DNA of 64,000 bases from Octopus vulgaris (Eukaryota), in contig OX597831.1 in assembly GCA_951406725.2 (NCBI GenBank), positions 43,834,001 to 43,898,000 on the forward strand, in the 5' to 3' direction. The notes under the pieces are model-generated. The model was not told the origin of the DNA. It was given only the letters and a program-made list of their open reading frames with translations, and searched no databases. Shown here in pieces: positions 46,179 through 58,722 of the stretch; position 1 is the stretch's first letter; every line of letters starts with the position of its first letter. The translations under genes were made by a program, and so were the position numbers.

Positions 46179-46280
46179 GTGTTTATATATGTATATATAT
46201 ATATATGTGTGTGCATATTTGTGTTTGTCTATTTGTGGGGTGGATGGGTTGTATATATGGTATATATGAATGTATGTACG

Positions 46281-46311
<31 letters not shown>

Positions 46312-46407
46312 CTTATATACATTTCTGTTTGCGTGCGTGTGTGTATATATACATACATACAAACATATATATATATGTATATATATGTATGTATATATAT
46401 ATACATA

Positions 46408-46487
<80 letters not shown>

Positions 46488-46559
46488 CACATACATATAT
46501 ACATACCTATATATACACAGATATTACATAGATCATAAAAATATAAATCAAAGGTGCTC

Positions 46560-46604
<45 letters not shown>

Positions 46605-47185
46605 ATATCTATCTATCTATATATATATATATATGCATATACACATATACATATGTGTGTGTGTGTATGTAAAAACACAATCACACCCCCAACACAATCA
46701 CCAACATACAAACAAACAAACATACAAACAAACCCACAAACAAGCAAACCCACAAACAAAAACACCCACCCACACCCCCAAAACACACATACATACATAC
46801 CAACCATAGAAGGCGCACTCATTTCGTAATACCTTCAATAAATCATACGTAACAAGGGCGGAATAGAACATATAAATAATTTACTTAATTACACAAATCC
46901 AACAATTCGAATTATTATTCCATATTATTTATATCGTCGCAGAGAACATGCTTTCCAAAAATTGCATCATTTCTGACTTTAATAGAATAATTTTCAAAAC
47001 GAGAAACATCTCCCCATCCCTCCTTTCCTCTCTGACACACACTCTCCCTCTTCCTCTCTCTCTCTTCCTCTCTTTCTTTCTTTCTTTCTTTCTTTCTTTC
47101 CTTCTTCTCTCTCTCTCTCTCTCTCTCTCTTTCTTCTATATGAAGAATTGCAAGTATTTATTCATACTCATACATATATACATAA

Positions 47186-47310
<125 letters not shown>

Positions 47311-47335
47311 TACATATATATATGTGTGTATATAT

Positions 47336-47379
<44 letters not shown>

Positions 47380-47458
47380 ATATACTCACAAACAAACATG
47401 ATCTTATATTTACATGTTTGCGTACAAAGTGGGTAAGTATGAGGGTGTGTGTGTTTGA

Positions 47459-47491
<33 letters not shown>

Positions 47492-47624
47492 CCCGCCCGT
47501 GTGTGTGTGTGTGTAAATGTGTATATATATATGTGCACACGTGAACATACACACGTATGTATATACACACACACGTGTGTGAATATTTTTTTTATATGTT
47601 CAGATATGTATATATATATGTATA

Positions 47625-47689
<65 letters not shown>

Positions 47690-48191
47690 CATAAGTATAT
47701 AAATTCACTATGACATCCATATGTATATATATATATATATATACATAAACTATTATTGCGTTACATTATAGTTATACGTTTTTCAAATGATAGGGAATTT
47801 AACGTTTTACTAAGTTTTATCTTGTATTTACATTTGAATAATAATTCTTCTTTATATGAAATCGAGTGTGTGTGTGTGTGAACGCAAAGGTATGGTGGCG
47901 TGTCGTTCAGTCGTTCGCGTTGCATCCACGAGAATTCGGGCCCCATTTTATTGCAAGGTTCCTTGAATAAAATGCCAGCTAGGAGCCGACTAATGCCATC
48001 CGAGTGAGCCTTCGTGTATGGAAGCTGCACCGAAATGCTTCGTCTATGCACACACACACATACACATACACACGCACGCACATACATATAATACATACGT
48101 ACATATATACATACATACATACATACATGCATGCATACATGCATGCATACATACATACATACATACATACATACATACATACATACATACA

Positions 48192-48622
48192 TTATTATGG
48201 CTGTCCCCTCGTTATCGAGTATGGTCATTGCACGAAGCTTAACTGTTACTGGTGCTGTGATCGAATGTGACATTTTAGCCCAGCTAAAGATCTACAATGT
48301 CTTGTACAAAATTGGCAACTAAGACCTTTACTGGTAATAGCCGGCTGTAGTTGTAACTGGGGTTCATGTACCTTTGCATGTCGTTTAAGTTCTCCTGCCG
48401 AATTACACTCTTTTCCACATGCCCGACAGATATGATTAGTATGGTGTGTTACACCACCACCAGTGGCCAGGTTGTCACTCATCTGTCTCGTTTTATGACT
48501 ACAAAGATCACTCATGAGTCCAGCTTTACTGAGGCAGGGTCTTGCACAGACATTGCATGTCAGAATCAAAGGAAGACCCTTCCCTTCTGGAAGTGTAACA
48601 GCGATGCCCTTCCTGACATCCC
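48192..48622 (-). mobile_element. LINE (RTE-like) 3' fragment encoding three C2H2-type zinc fingers, inserted in (TACA)n
   Basis: CNVCARPCLSKAGLMS(D)LCSH, CRACGKECNSAGELKRHAKVH, CQFCTRHCRSLAGLKCHIRSQH; short 3' UTR ending in (taa)n; microsatellite on both sides. Confidence 0.7.
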
Positions 48623-48976
48623 ATACATACATACATACATACATACATACATACACATCAGCACTGGATTAACCGTTACGCAATATAAGCACGAGCTTAG
48701 GGCATCAAGAGAAGGAAGGTACCAGAGAAATGGTAAATGGTTTACGGTATATAAGAGTTAATGTGTTTCCGGACAACTCGTAAAGCAGAGCAAGAATCTT
48801 CCATAGTAGCACTTGCACTTTCTACTATTTGGATCTTGTGCTTGAAAAATATCAGCTCATCATACAAAAGTGAGTTGAAAAAGAAAACTCGTAAACCTGG
48901 GGACTCGTAAAGCAGGCCCTCGTAAAATGAAGTATTACTCTATTCTTGGTGTCATAGTGAGGGTCTGATCAAATAG

Positions 48977-49362
48977 TGGCACTCCGTCGGTTACGACGAC
49001 GAGGGTTCCACTTGATCCGATCAACGGAACAGCCTGCTCCTGAAATTAACGCGTAAGTGGCTGAGCACTCCTCAGACACGTGTACCCTTAATGTAGTTCT
49101 CGGCGAGATTCAGCGTGACACAGTGTGTGACGAGGCTGGACCTTCGAAATACAGGTACAGCAGAAACAGGAAGAAAGAGTGAGAGAAAGGTGTGGTAAAA
49201 AAAGAACAGCAGCGGTCGCCACTCCCACCCCTGTGCAGGAGCCTCGTGGAGCTTTAGGTATTTTCGCTCAATAAACACTCGCAACACCCGGTCTGGGAAT
49301 CGAGACCACGATCCCATGACCGCGAGTCCACTGTCGTAGCCACTGCACCATTGCGCCTCCAC
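48977..49362 (-). mobile_element. tRNA-derived SINE family 3, full length
   Basis: Reverse complement of 49471-49849. Confidence 0.9.
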
Positions 49363-49470
49363 TCTGACCAAATACTTTGCAATTAAAAAAACATGCAGGA
49401 GAGATTTTTCAAATATAAACTGGAAGTATACAAAAATAAACATTCCTTTCCATTTTACTGTTAGTGTTCT

Positions 49471-49849
49471 GTGGAGGCGCAATGGCCCAGTGGTTAGGGC
49501 AGTGGACTCGAGGTCGTAGGATCGCGGTTTCGATTCCCAGACCGGGCATTGTGAGTGTTTATTGAGCGAAAACACCAGAAGCTTCACAAGGCTCCTGCAG
49601 GGGGTGGTGGTGAACCCTGCTGTACTCTTTCACCACAACTTTCTCTCACTCTTTCTTCCTGTTTCTGTTGTACCTGTATTTCAGAGGGCCAGCCTTGTCA
49701 CACTCTGTGTCACGCTGAATCTCCTCGAGAACTACGTTAAGGATACACGTGTCTGTGGAATGCTCAGCCACTTGCAGTTAATTCCACGAGCAAGCTGTTC
49801 CGTTGATTCGGATCAACCGGAATCCTCATCGTCGTAACCGACGGAGTGC
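49471..49849 (+). mobile_element. tRNA-derived SINE family 3, full length
   Basis: A-box tggcccagtggttag, B-box gtttcgattccc, 3' end cgtaaccgacggagtgc; related 3' half also at 13205-13348. Confidence 0.9.
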
Positions 49850-50255
49850 TCCTATACTCTTAGTGTTGTCTTATTTTCAAAAATAAAATCTCATCTTGGT
49901 TTATAGTTTTTTTTGTTTTTTTTTTCTTGTTTCAGCTCAGAGCTGCGGCCATGCTGGTGCACCGTATTTTGAATTACATACATAGAGGAGCACCGACATC
50001 TTTTAAGTGCTTAAGGCCTCTGTGAGTCTTAATCCGGCCCTGACACGCAAAAGCACAGTCTGTAGAGCTATGAACATTAACAAGTATATCACAGGCTGAG
50101 CGACGTTTGACTATTATGTTAAGTGTATGTGTGTGTTTGTGTGTGTGTGTGCGTGTGTGCTCGTGTGTGTGTTTATGTGTGTGTACGCAAATATATATAT
50201 ATATATATCACTAGCCACAACACATTATTTTCTCTCCTTGTTTCTTTCTGTGTTC

Positions 50256-50291
50256 CTTTCTGTGGAATAGCGTAGGCTCGAAACGTTAAAG
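50256..50291 (+). ncRNA. Decayed minimal hammerhead motif in a pLTR-like remnant (~50210-50375)
   Basis: cttt-CTGTGGA-a tagc gtag gctc-GAAA-cg-TT-aaag; A6 substituted; same layout as 52053. Confidence 0.5.
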
Positions 50292-50375
50292 ACTTATTCA
50301 CTTCCCGAGCGTTAAACTAATACATCAGTTTGTTGCCTACACCAACTGTCTTTTGTTAATTTGTCAATTCTAAAT

Positions 50376-50414
<39 letters not shown>

Positions 50415-50508
50415 CATATCTGTAAATATAATTGTCACACATATTTACAGATAAATTCCTCTACTTACATAATATCGAGGTCTCTTTCATTCTTTTGTAG
50501 TCTTCCCA

Positions 50509-50682
<174 letters not shown>

Positions 50683-51211
50683 AGGGCGCATTTATTTTTT
50701 TAATTATATATACATAGGAATATGTATATGCGTGTTTGTAAGCACACATCTGTACGTATATATATATGAGTGTCTGTGTGTGACCGTACATACAAACACA
50801 CACACACGTATATATATGTTCTTGACCCCCACCCCCCAAACAGAACATAAGCTGTTTTTACTTCAAATTTTTATAAATTTTAACACTGACATTTGATGAG
50901 AAGACATTCATGGAAACCGGAAATATCTGCTTTATATAATTTTTAAAATCATTTTTATTTAATTCCCTCTTAAACTGAAATGTCTTAAGACTTACTTCTG
51001 AGTTATGTCCACCTCCATAAGGAAAAGGGAAAGGGGGCCGATACAGCTTGGCACCAGAGATGTCGCAACTCATTTCCACAGCTGAGTGAAAACTGGAGCA
51101 ACGTGAAATAAAGCGTCTTGCTCAAGAACACAACACGCAGCCCGGGTCCAAATATCGAACTCACAATCTCACCATCGTAAGCTCGACGCTCTAACCACTG
51201 AGCCATGCGCC

Positions 51212-51317
<106 letters not shown>

Positions 51318-51441
51318 TATACACACACACACACCTGTCTCCGACTTTAGTTTTTCTGTAAATTTTAACAATATATATATATGCCCCAGCATGGCCCCAG
51401 TTCGTGAGCTGAAACTAGATAAAAAAAAAGTAAATAAATAA

Positions 51442-51474
<33 letters not shown>

Positions 51475-51546
51475 TGTATGTATGTATGTGTGTGTGTATG
51501 TATGTATGTATGTATGTATGTATGTATGTATGTATGTATGTATGTA

Positions 51547-51611
<65 letters not shown>

Positions 51612-52052
51612 GCGTAAAGAATACTCTCTCGAGCCATGCCCTCTAACAAGGGGTGGTTTGCTGGTTTCCACAGTGTTTATATTCTCCACCTGGACAGAAA
51701 CGCCGATCCGTCGCAGGAATACTCACGTTTGCCAGCTGAATGGTCTGGAACGGCGTGATATGAAGTGTTTTGCTCAAGGATATAACGCGCCGTCCAGTCC
51801 AGGAATCGAAACCACAATTTTACAATTATGATTCCAACAACCCAAACCACACGCCTCCACTGTACACACACACACACACACACATACATACACACACACA
51901 CATACACACACACACACACACACATATATATAAATATATATATGTATATGCATGTATATATATATGTATATATATTTTTTTTCAAAATGTAACCACATGT
52001 GGATCGTTGGCGATTTTCTTCTTCCGTCTCCCTCCTTTTAGACTTTCCTCTA

Positions 52053-52085
52053 TTTCTGAAGAAGAGCTTTGCTCGAAACGTTAAA
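52053..52085 (+). ncRNA. Minimal hammerhead motif in a PLE-type solo pLTR remnant (~51985-52155)
   Basis: ttt-CTGAAGA-a gagc ttt gctc-GAAA-cg-TT-aaa. Confidence 0.65.
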
Positions 52086-52183
52086 CCATCTTTCTATTCT
52101 TATCTGAGAGTCTGCTAATACATTACATGTACCACATCCTCGCGTTGTTGTTTTTTTCATGTCTGTTCTTTTTTGGGACTCAC

Positions 52184-52217
<34 letters not shown>

Positions 52218-52307
52218 TGTATGTATGTATGTATGTATGTATGTATGTATGTATGTATGTATGTATGTATGTATGTATCTATCTATCTATCTATGAATGC
52301 ATGTATC

Positions 52308-52347
<40 letters not shown>

Positions 52348-52467
52348 CACATATATATATATGCATGTATGTTTGTATTTATATATATATATATTTATGT
52401 ATATCTATATATCTATATCTATACATATATATATATATGCATTTATATATGTGTATGTATGTATATA

Positions 52468-52557
<90 letters not shown>

Positions 52558-52635
52558 ATATATATACATATATATATGCATGTATGTTTGTATTTATATA
52601 TATATATTTATGTATATGTATATATATATATATGC

Positions 52636-52966
52636 TCATGGCTCAGTGGTTAGAGCGTCGAGCTTACGATCGTGAGGTTGTGAGCTCGAATCCCGGACCG
52701 GGCTGCGTGTTGTGTTCTCGAGCAAGGCACTTTATTTCACGTTGCTCCTGTTCACTCAGCTGTAGAAATGAGTTGCGACGTCACTGGTGCCAAGCTGTAT
52801 CGACCTTTGTCTTTCCCTTGGATAACACTGGTGGCGTGAAGAGGGGAGGCTGGTATGCATGGGCGACTGCTGGCCTTCCATAAACAACCTTGCCCGGACT
52901 TGTATCTAGGAAGGTAACTTTCTAGGTGCAATCCCATGGTCATTCATGACCGAAGGGGGTCTTTTC
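52636..52966 (+). mobile_element. tRNA-derived SINE family 4 (related copies at 51003-51213(-), 51620-51860(-), 53118-53380(+))
   Basis: tggctcagtggttagagcg..gctcgaatccc head; ttgtgttctcgagcaaggcac..cactcagctgtagaaatgag central domain. Confidence 0.85.
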
Positions 52967-53018
52967 CCTATATATATATATACATATATATATATGCATT
53001 TATATATGTGTATGTATG

Positions 53019-53073
<55 letters not shown>

Positions 53074-53423
53074 ATGTATGTATGTATGTATATATGTATG
53101 TATGTATTGAAAGATCTGTAGAGGCTCGTGGCTTAGCGGTTTGAGCGTTGGGCTGATGATTGTAAGATTGTAGTTTCGATTCCTGGAGCGGGAGATGCGT
53201 TGTGTTCTTAAGCAAAACACTTCATTTCACTCAGCTCCACTTCACTTAGTTGGCAAAAAGGAGTAATCTTGCAACGCACCCTGTCTACTCTGGGATGGGA
53301 ATTGGATAATTCATGCACCATTGAACCCTGAAAACTGGCCTCTTGCATCTATGGCTCGCAAAGGGCCGTTAACCTTCATGATTCATACATACACCCTCAT
53401 ATCCATATATGTATATACATACA

Positions 53424-53483
<60 letters not shown>

Positions 53484-53576
53484 TGTGTGTGGGTGTGTAT
53501 GTGTATATCGATGTATGTATGTACGTACGTATGCATGTATATATGCATCTATGTATGCATGGATGTATGTATGTCT

Positions 53577-53703
53577 GTAAACATTATCAGCCGTACATAG
53601 CGTACGTGTTTTGTTTATATACGCACATTTACTGAGGGATAATCCCCTAGCAAATTCGAGAATAAACAAAGCATGTATACTATGTACAACCGATAATGTT
53701 TAC
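53577..53703. repeat. ~125 bp imperfect palindrome
   Basis: gtaaacattatc..gtacatag..ttgtttat / ataaacaa..ctatgtac..gataatgtttac. Confidence 0.8.
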
Positions 53704-53739
53704 CTTATTACATCTGCTTTTAATCCGAAATTTAATAAG

Positions 53740-53798
<59 letters not shown>

Positions 53799-53833
53799 TA
53801 TATACATATATATATACATATATATATATATAT

Positions 53834-53872
<39 letters not shown>

Positions 53873-53966
53873 TGTATATATGTGTGTGTGTATGCGTGTG
53901 CATGTGTATGTGCATATATATATGTATATATATATACATATAAATATACAAACATATATATATACA

Positions 53967-54066
<100 letters not shown>

Positions 54067-54418
54067 TGTATGTATGTATGTGTATAGTTCTAGGTGACGT
54101 TGCACTGAGTTACTCAACAATAATGAAAAATGTATTCTAAGAGGAATAAGCGAAACGGAGATTAAAAAACGAGGTACCTAACGGCAAGTCCCCCTGATGA
54201 GGCACATCCTCACCTTCGATGCACAACAATTGTTTGTATAACCTCTCACCCGCGAGACAACGATGCACATGGACTCTAAACGATCGTGGCCATTGATAAA
54301 CAATCTCGTGAATTCACTTTTCTTTTTCTTATACAAACACACACATTTATGTATGTATATAGTAGAGGTAGGTACGTACATATATGTTTATATATATGCA
54401 TATGTTTTATTTCATTTA

Positions 54419-54459
<41 letters not shown>

Positions 54460-54461
<2 letters not shown>

Positions 54462-54747
54462 ACAATTTAATAAATAAAACACATGCATACATACATACAT
54501 ATATGTACATACCTACATATATATGTATATATACATGCATATATGAGTACAGGACACCACAAATAAACGTAGAACAAAACGAGAAACGAAAACATAAACC
54601 CAAACAAGGAAACGGACTTTTTTTAACAACGAAAAATCAGAGTCCAAGACAAACAACACAAGGAACATTCCCCTTCTTCAGCTGCCCCTGTTTCGACTCA
54701 ATGCGTGTTTCGAAGGTAAGGGCAGAACACGACCACGCCGAAACAAT
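54460..54747 (-). mobile_element. Short non-coding retroelement end carrying hammerhead copy C
   Basis: Same 3' tail as 28140-28506; flanked by TA-rich microsatellite. Confidence 0.75.
54670..54731 (-). ncRNA. Candidate pseudoknotted (strand-scrambled) hammerhead, copy C
   Basis: cgtg-TT-ctgccctt-a-ccttc-GAAA-cacg-(14 nt)-aggggcag-CTGAAGA-agggg. Confidence 0.7.
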
Positions 54748-54898
54748 ATATACATATATTATATGTATATATATATTTATATATACATATATTTTTGCAT
54801 ATATATATATGTATATATACATATGTATATATATATACGTATATATTTACATATACATGTATATGTATATATGTACTCACATTTATACATATTCACAG

Positions 54899-54940
<42 letters not shown>

Positions 54941-55463
54941 GTATATATATATACGTATATATTTACATATACATGTATATGTATATATGTACTCACATAT
55001 ATACATATGCACAGATATATATATATATATCTATATATACACACTTATATATAAATAAACATATATATATGTATATATATATGTATATATGTGTATATAT
55101 ATGTATATACATATGCAGATATAAATATGCATATATGTATATATATATGTATATATATACGTATGTATATTTATGCATTTATATTCACTTACACACTTAC
55201 ACATACATATATATATATAATATATATATATATATATAAATATATATATGTGTGTGTGTGTGTGTGTAAGTGTGTGTGTGTGTAAGTGTGTGTGTGTGCA
55301 CGTATTATCGAATTTCTCATACCTTGTAAGTGGAACTGTTACACTGTTTACTTTTATCATAAGCAACATGCGATGGACAGCTGAATATATATATATATTT
55401 TGTACACTATTGGCAACAGTCAGTGCGTTCATCCGGCCGTCGAATACTACCACATGCCTTAAG

Positions 55464-56095
<632 letters not shown>

Positions 56096-56329
56096 AAAAT
56101 AGTAAAGTGTGAAAAAACGACAGAAGGCTTAAATGTTAAAAAATATATATATTTGTGTCAAAATGTCTGGAGAATATTGGAAAAATTTTTTTTCCTTTCC
56201 TTAAAATGACATAATTTTAAAATTTTTAAAGAAATTACCGGTTTCGCGTGTAGCTTTTCAAATTTCTTGTGACGTTATGTTTATATTGCATGGAATTATC
56301 GTTGTTTTTATTTCCAGGAGATTTCTAAA

Positions 56330-57652
56330 ACCCATGAAAAGGAACTGACAACCAAAGAGATTGATTTCCTAACAAACTTTAAATGCAAACCTAGCCTTTT
56401 CTATGGTCTGCCAAAAATTCATAAAAGTCAAATTATAAATGAAACCATTAAAAAATCACCAAAGACATACATACACACACCTAATCCGGGGGACCTAAAA
56501 CTACGACCCATTGTAGCTGGCCCAACCTGTGAAACACACAGACTAAGTCTACTTATGGACATCCTCTTGAAACCCTTCCTTAAACATATCGATAGCCATA
56601 TCAGAGATGACTTAGATATGTTAAACCACCTTCCAAAAAAAACCAAGGAAGAAACAATCCTGGTTTCATTTGATGTAGTCAACTTGTATACCAGTATACC
56701 TCATAATTATGGACTGGAGGCAATACAATTCTGGTTAGACCAATTTCCGGAAGAAATACCAAAAAGGATCAGTAAGGAATTCATTACTAAATCAATTGAA
56801 TTCATCCTACACAATAACCACTTCATGTTTGACAATACATTTTACCGTCAAAAATCCGGAATTGCTATGGGTACAAGGGCAGCACCAGTCATTGCGAACT
56901 TAACAATGGGATACATGGAAATAATCATTTACCAGGAATCTCTATCAATCTTTGGAAACTCCCTCTCTCAATACATAAAAGAGAATTGGAAACGATTCCT
57001 AGACGATTGTTTCATTCTCTGGAATGAAAACATAGATAAACTCCTAAAATTTAAAAACCTATTGAACAGCATAAACCCAAATATACAGTTCACAATGGAA
57101 TACAACCAAAAGGAGCTCCCGTTCTTGGATATACTAATTAAAGAAATTAACCTTAAAATAGAAACAGACATTTTTTACAAAGCCACAGACGCCAAACAAT
57201 ACCTTCTTTTTAATTCATGCCACCCAAGACACACTAAAACAAACATCCCCTTCAACCTTGCAAGAAGGATATGCACAATAGTGTCAGAACAAAATACCAG
57301 GAACTTTAGACTGCAAGAACTCAAAAACACCCTAATTGACAGACATTACCCAGCTCAACTCATAGAGGATGGGATCAGACGTGCAACAGAAATCAACATA
57401 GAAACTTTAAGAAAAGTTCAACACAACAACACACCTTCCCCGAAAATACTACCTTACATATCTACATACAACCCCAGAAACAAAGAAGCCTTCACCATCA
57501 TCACCCAGAATTTACCAATACTTCATAAAAACCCAAAATTAAAGGAAATTCTAAACATACACCAAATCATTAAAAGCTACAAACAGCCTAAATCACTTAA
57601 AAGATTCTCACAAAGGCAAAATTGTCTTCTAAAATTACGGATGCAAAAGTAA
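56330..57652 (+). CDS. PLE reverse transcriptase (5'-truncated; frameshift near 57600)
   Basis: Motifs FYGLPKIHK and LRPIV (upstream of the track Met), LVSFDVVNLYTSIP, YRQKSGIAMGT, WKRFLDDCF, LPFLD and the PLE thumb SCHPRHTKTNIPFNLARRICTIVS. Confidence 0.93.
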   Translation, partial: THEKELTTKEIDFLTNFKCKPSLFYGLPKIHKSQIINETIKKSPKTYIHTPNPGDLKLRPIVAGPTCETHRLSLLMDILLKPFLKHIDSHIRDDLDMLNHLPKKTKEETILVSFDVVNLYTSIPHNYGLEAIQFWLDQFPEEIPKRISKEFITKSIEFILHNNHFMFDNTFYRQKSGIAMGTRAAPVIANLTMGYMEIIIYQESLSIFGNSLSQYIKENWKRFLDDCFILWNENIDKLLKFKNLLNSINPNIQFTMEYNQKELPFLDILIKEINLKIETDIFYKATDAKQYLLFNSCHPRHTKTNIPFNLARRICTIVSEQNTRNFRLQELKNTLIDRHYPAQLIEDGIRRATEINIETLRKVQHNNTPSPKILPYISTYNPRNKEAFTIITQNLPILHKNPKLKEILNIHQIIKSYKQPKSLKRFSQRQNCLLKLRMQK

Positions 57653-58074
57653 AAAAATGTGGTAGATCGAACTGTGCAACATGTCCTAACCTATTGGAAG
57701 GATCAGAATTCTTCTTTAAAGAGGGACAGAAATTTAAGATCAAATCTAACTTTACTTGTGCCTCTGAAAACATAATTTATGTTATTAAATGCTCGGGCTG
57801 CCACCAAGACTACGTGGGTTCCACGGGACTATCACTCAGGCGCAGATGCACACTGCATCGACAACAGATTGCATTCCCAGAATATAGAATGATACCTTTT
57901 AGTGAGCACATTGAGAAATGCGCAAAGCAACTACTGCCACAATTTTTAATCTTCCCATTTTACCAATGTGCTTTCGGATCATCAACACAAATGAGACTGA
58001 ACAAGGAAACATTCTTCATTGAAAAGTACAAACCCAGACTCAACCATCCGAACATACTGACACAGAGAAATTAA
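57600..58074 (+). CDS. PLE Cys-rich linker + GIY-YIG endonuclease (continuation of the RT ORF in another frame)
   Basis: CGRSNCATC linker, FTCASENIIYVIKCSGCHQDYVGSTG (GIY-YIG), RRRCTLH, RLNKETFFIEKYKPRLN. Confidence 0.92.
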
Positions 58075-58210
58075 CAAGGAAAAGGGAAAAAAAATTTTTA
58101 AGCGATTATCTCCCCTACACCGGAAAAAATCACTCACTACCTCCCCTTATTTAGAAATCTCCTGGAAATAAAAACAACGATAATTCCATGCAATATAAAC
58201 ATAACGTCAC

Positions 58211-58250
58211 AAGAAATTTGAAAAGCTACACGCGAAACCGGTAATTTCTT
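58211..58250 (+). ncRNA. Minimal type I hammerhead ribozyme motif (U3-A8 core variant) in the pLTR; mirror copy at 56229-56268 on the minus strand
   Basis: aagaaat-TTGAAAA-gc tacac gc-GAAA-ccgg-TA-atttctt: 7 bp stem I, 2 bp stem II, palindromic stem III (accggt). Confidence 0.8.
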
Positions 58251-58427
58251 TAAAAATTTTAAAATTATGTCATTTTAAGGAAAGGAAAAAAAATTTTTCC
58301 AATATTCTCCAGACATTTTGACACAAATATATATATTTTTTAACATTTAAGCCTTCTGTCGTTTTTTCACACTTTACTATTTTCTTATATATTCACCCAC
58401 GTGCTTTACCAAACAAACTTTCTTATC

Positions 58428-58461
<34 letters not shown>

Positions 58462-58658
58462 TACATACATACATACATACATACATACATACATACATAC
58501 ATACATACATACATACGTACATACGTACATACATACATACATACGTTTTCGTTCGGTTTCCCTGTATGTCTCCACTGTCTAGTTTTCATTCCTAACTTTG
58601 ACACTCCATAAATCCCAAATATTATTTTGGTATTTATGAGAGCAACTGTCTTCGAAGG

Positions 58659-58722
58659 CTCATATTGTCGTTGATTGCATGAAACGGGGACCAGATAGGT
58701 AGCCGACAACTGATGAAGGGTA
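58659..58722 (+). ncRNA. Candidate pseudoknotted hammerhead, copy D (partly decayed)
   Basis: ctca-TA-ttgtcg-ttgattgcat-GAAA-cggg-(15 nt)-cgacaa-CTGATGA-agggta. Confidence 0.55.

Larger units (their letters stand above)
56088..58426 (+). mobile_element. Penelope-like retroelement (Neptune-like), 5'-truncated, with inverted pLTR copy at the 5' end and a short 3' tail, flanked by (TA)n
   Basis: RT + GIY-YIG coding region bracketed by a ~240 bp inverted repeat (56088-56329 vs 58150-58392), then a ~35 bp unpaired tail and (TA)n. An inverted 5' pLTR is an established PLE architecture. Confidence 0.95.

Noticed and set aside
52636-52710. tRNA-like sequence with A and B boxes
   Set aside because: Continues into a SINE body, is multi-copy, and has no proper acceptor stem; a SINE head, not a tRNA gene.
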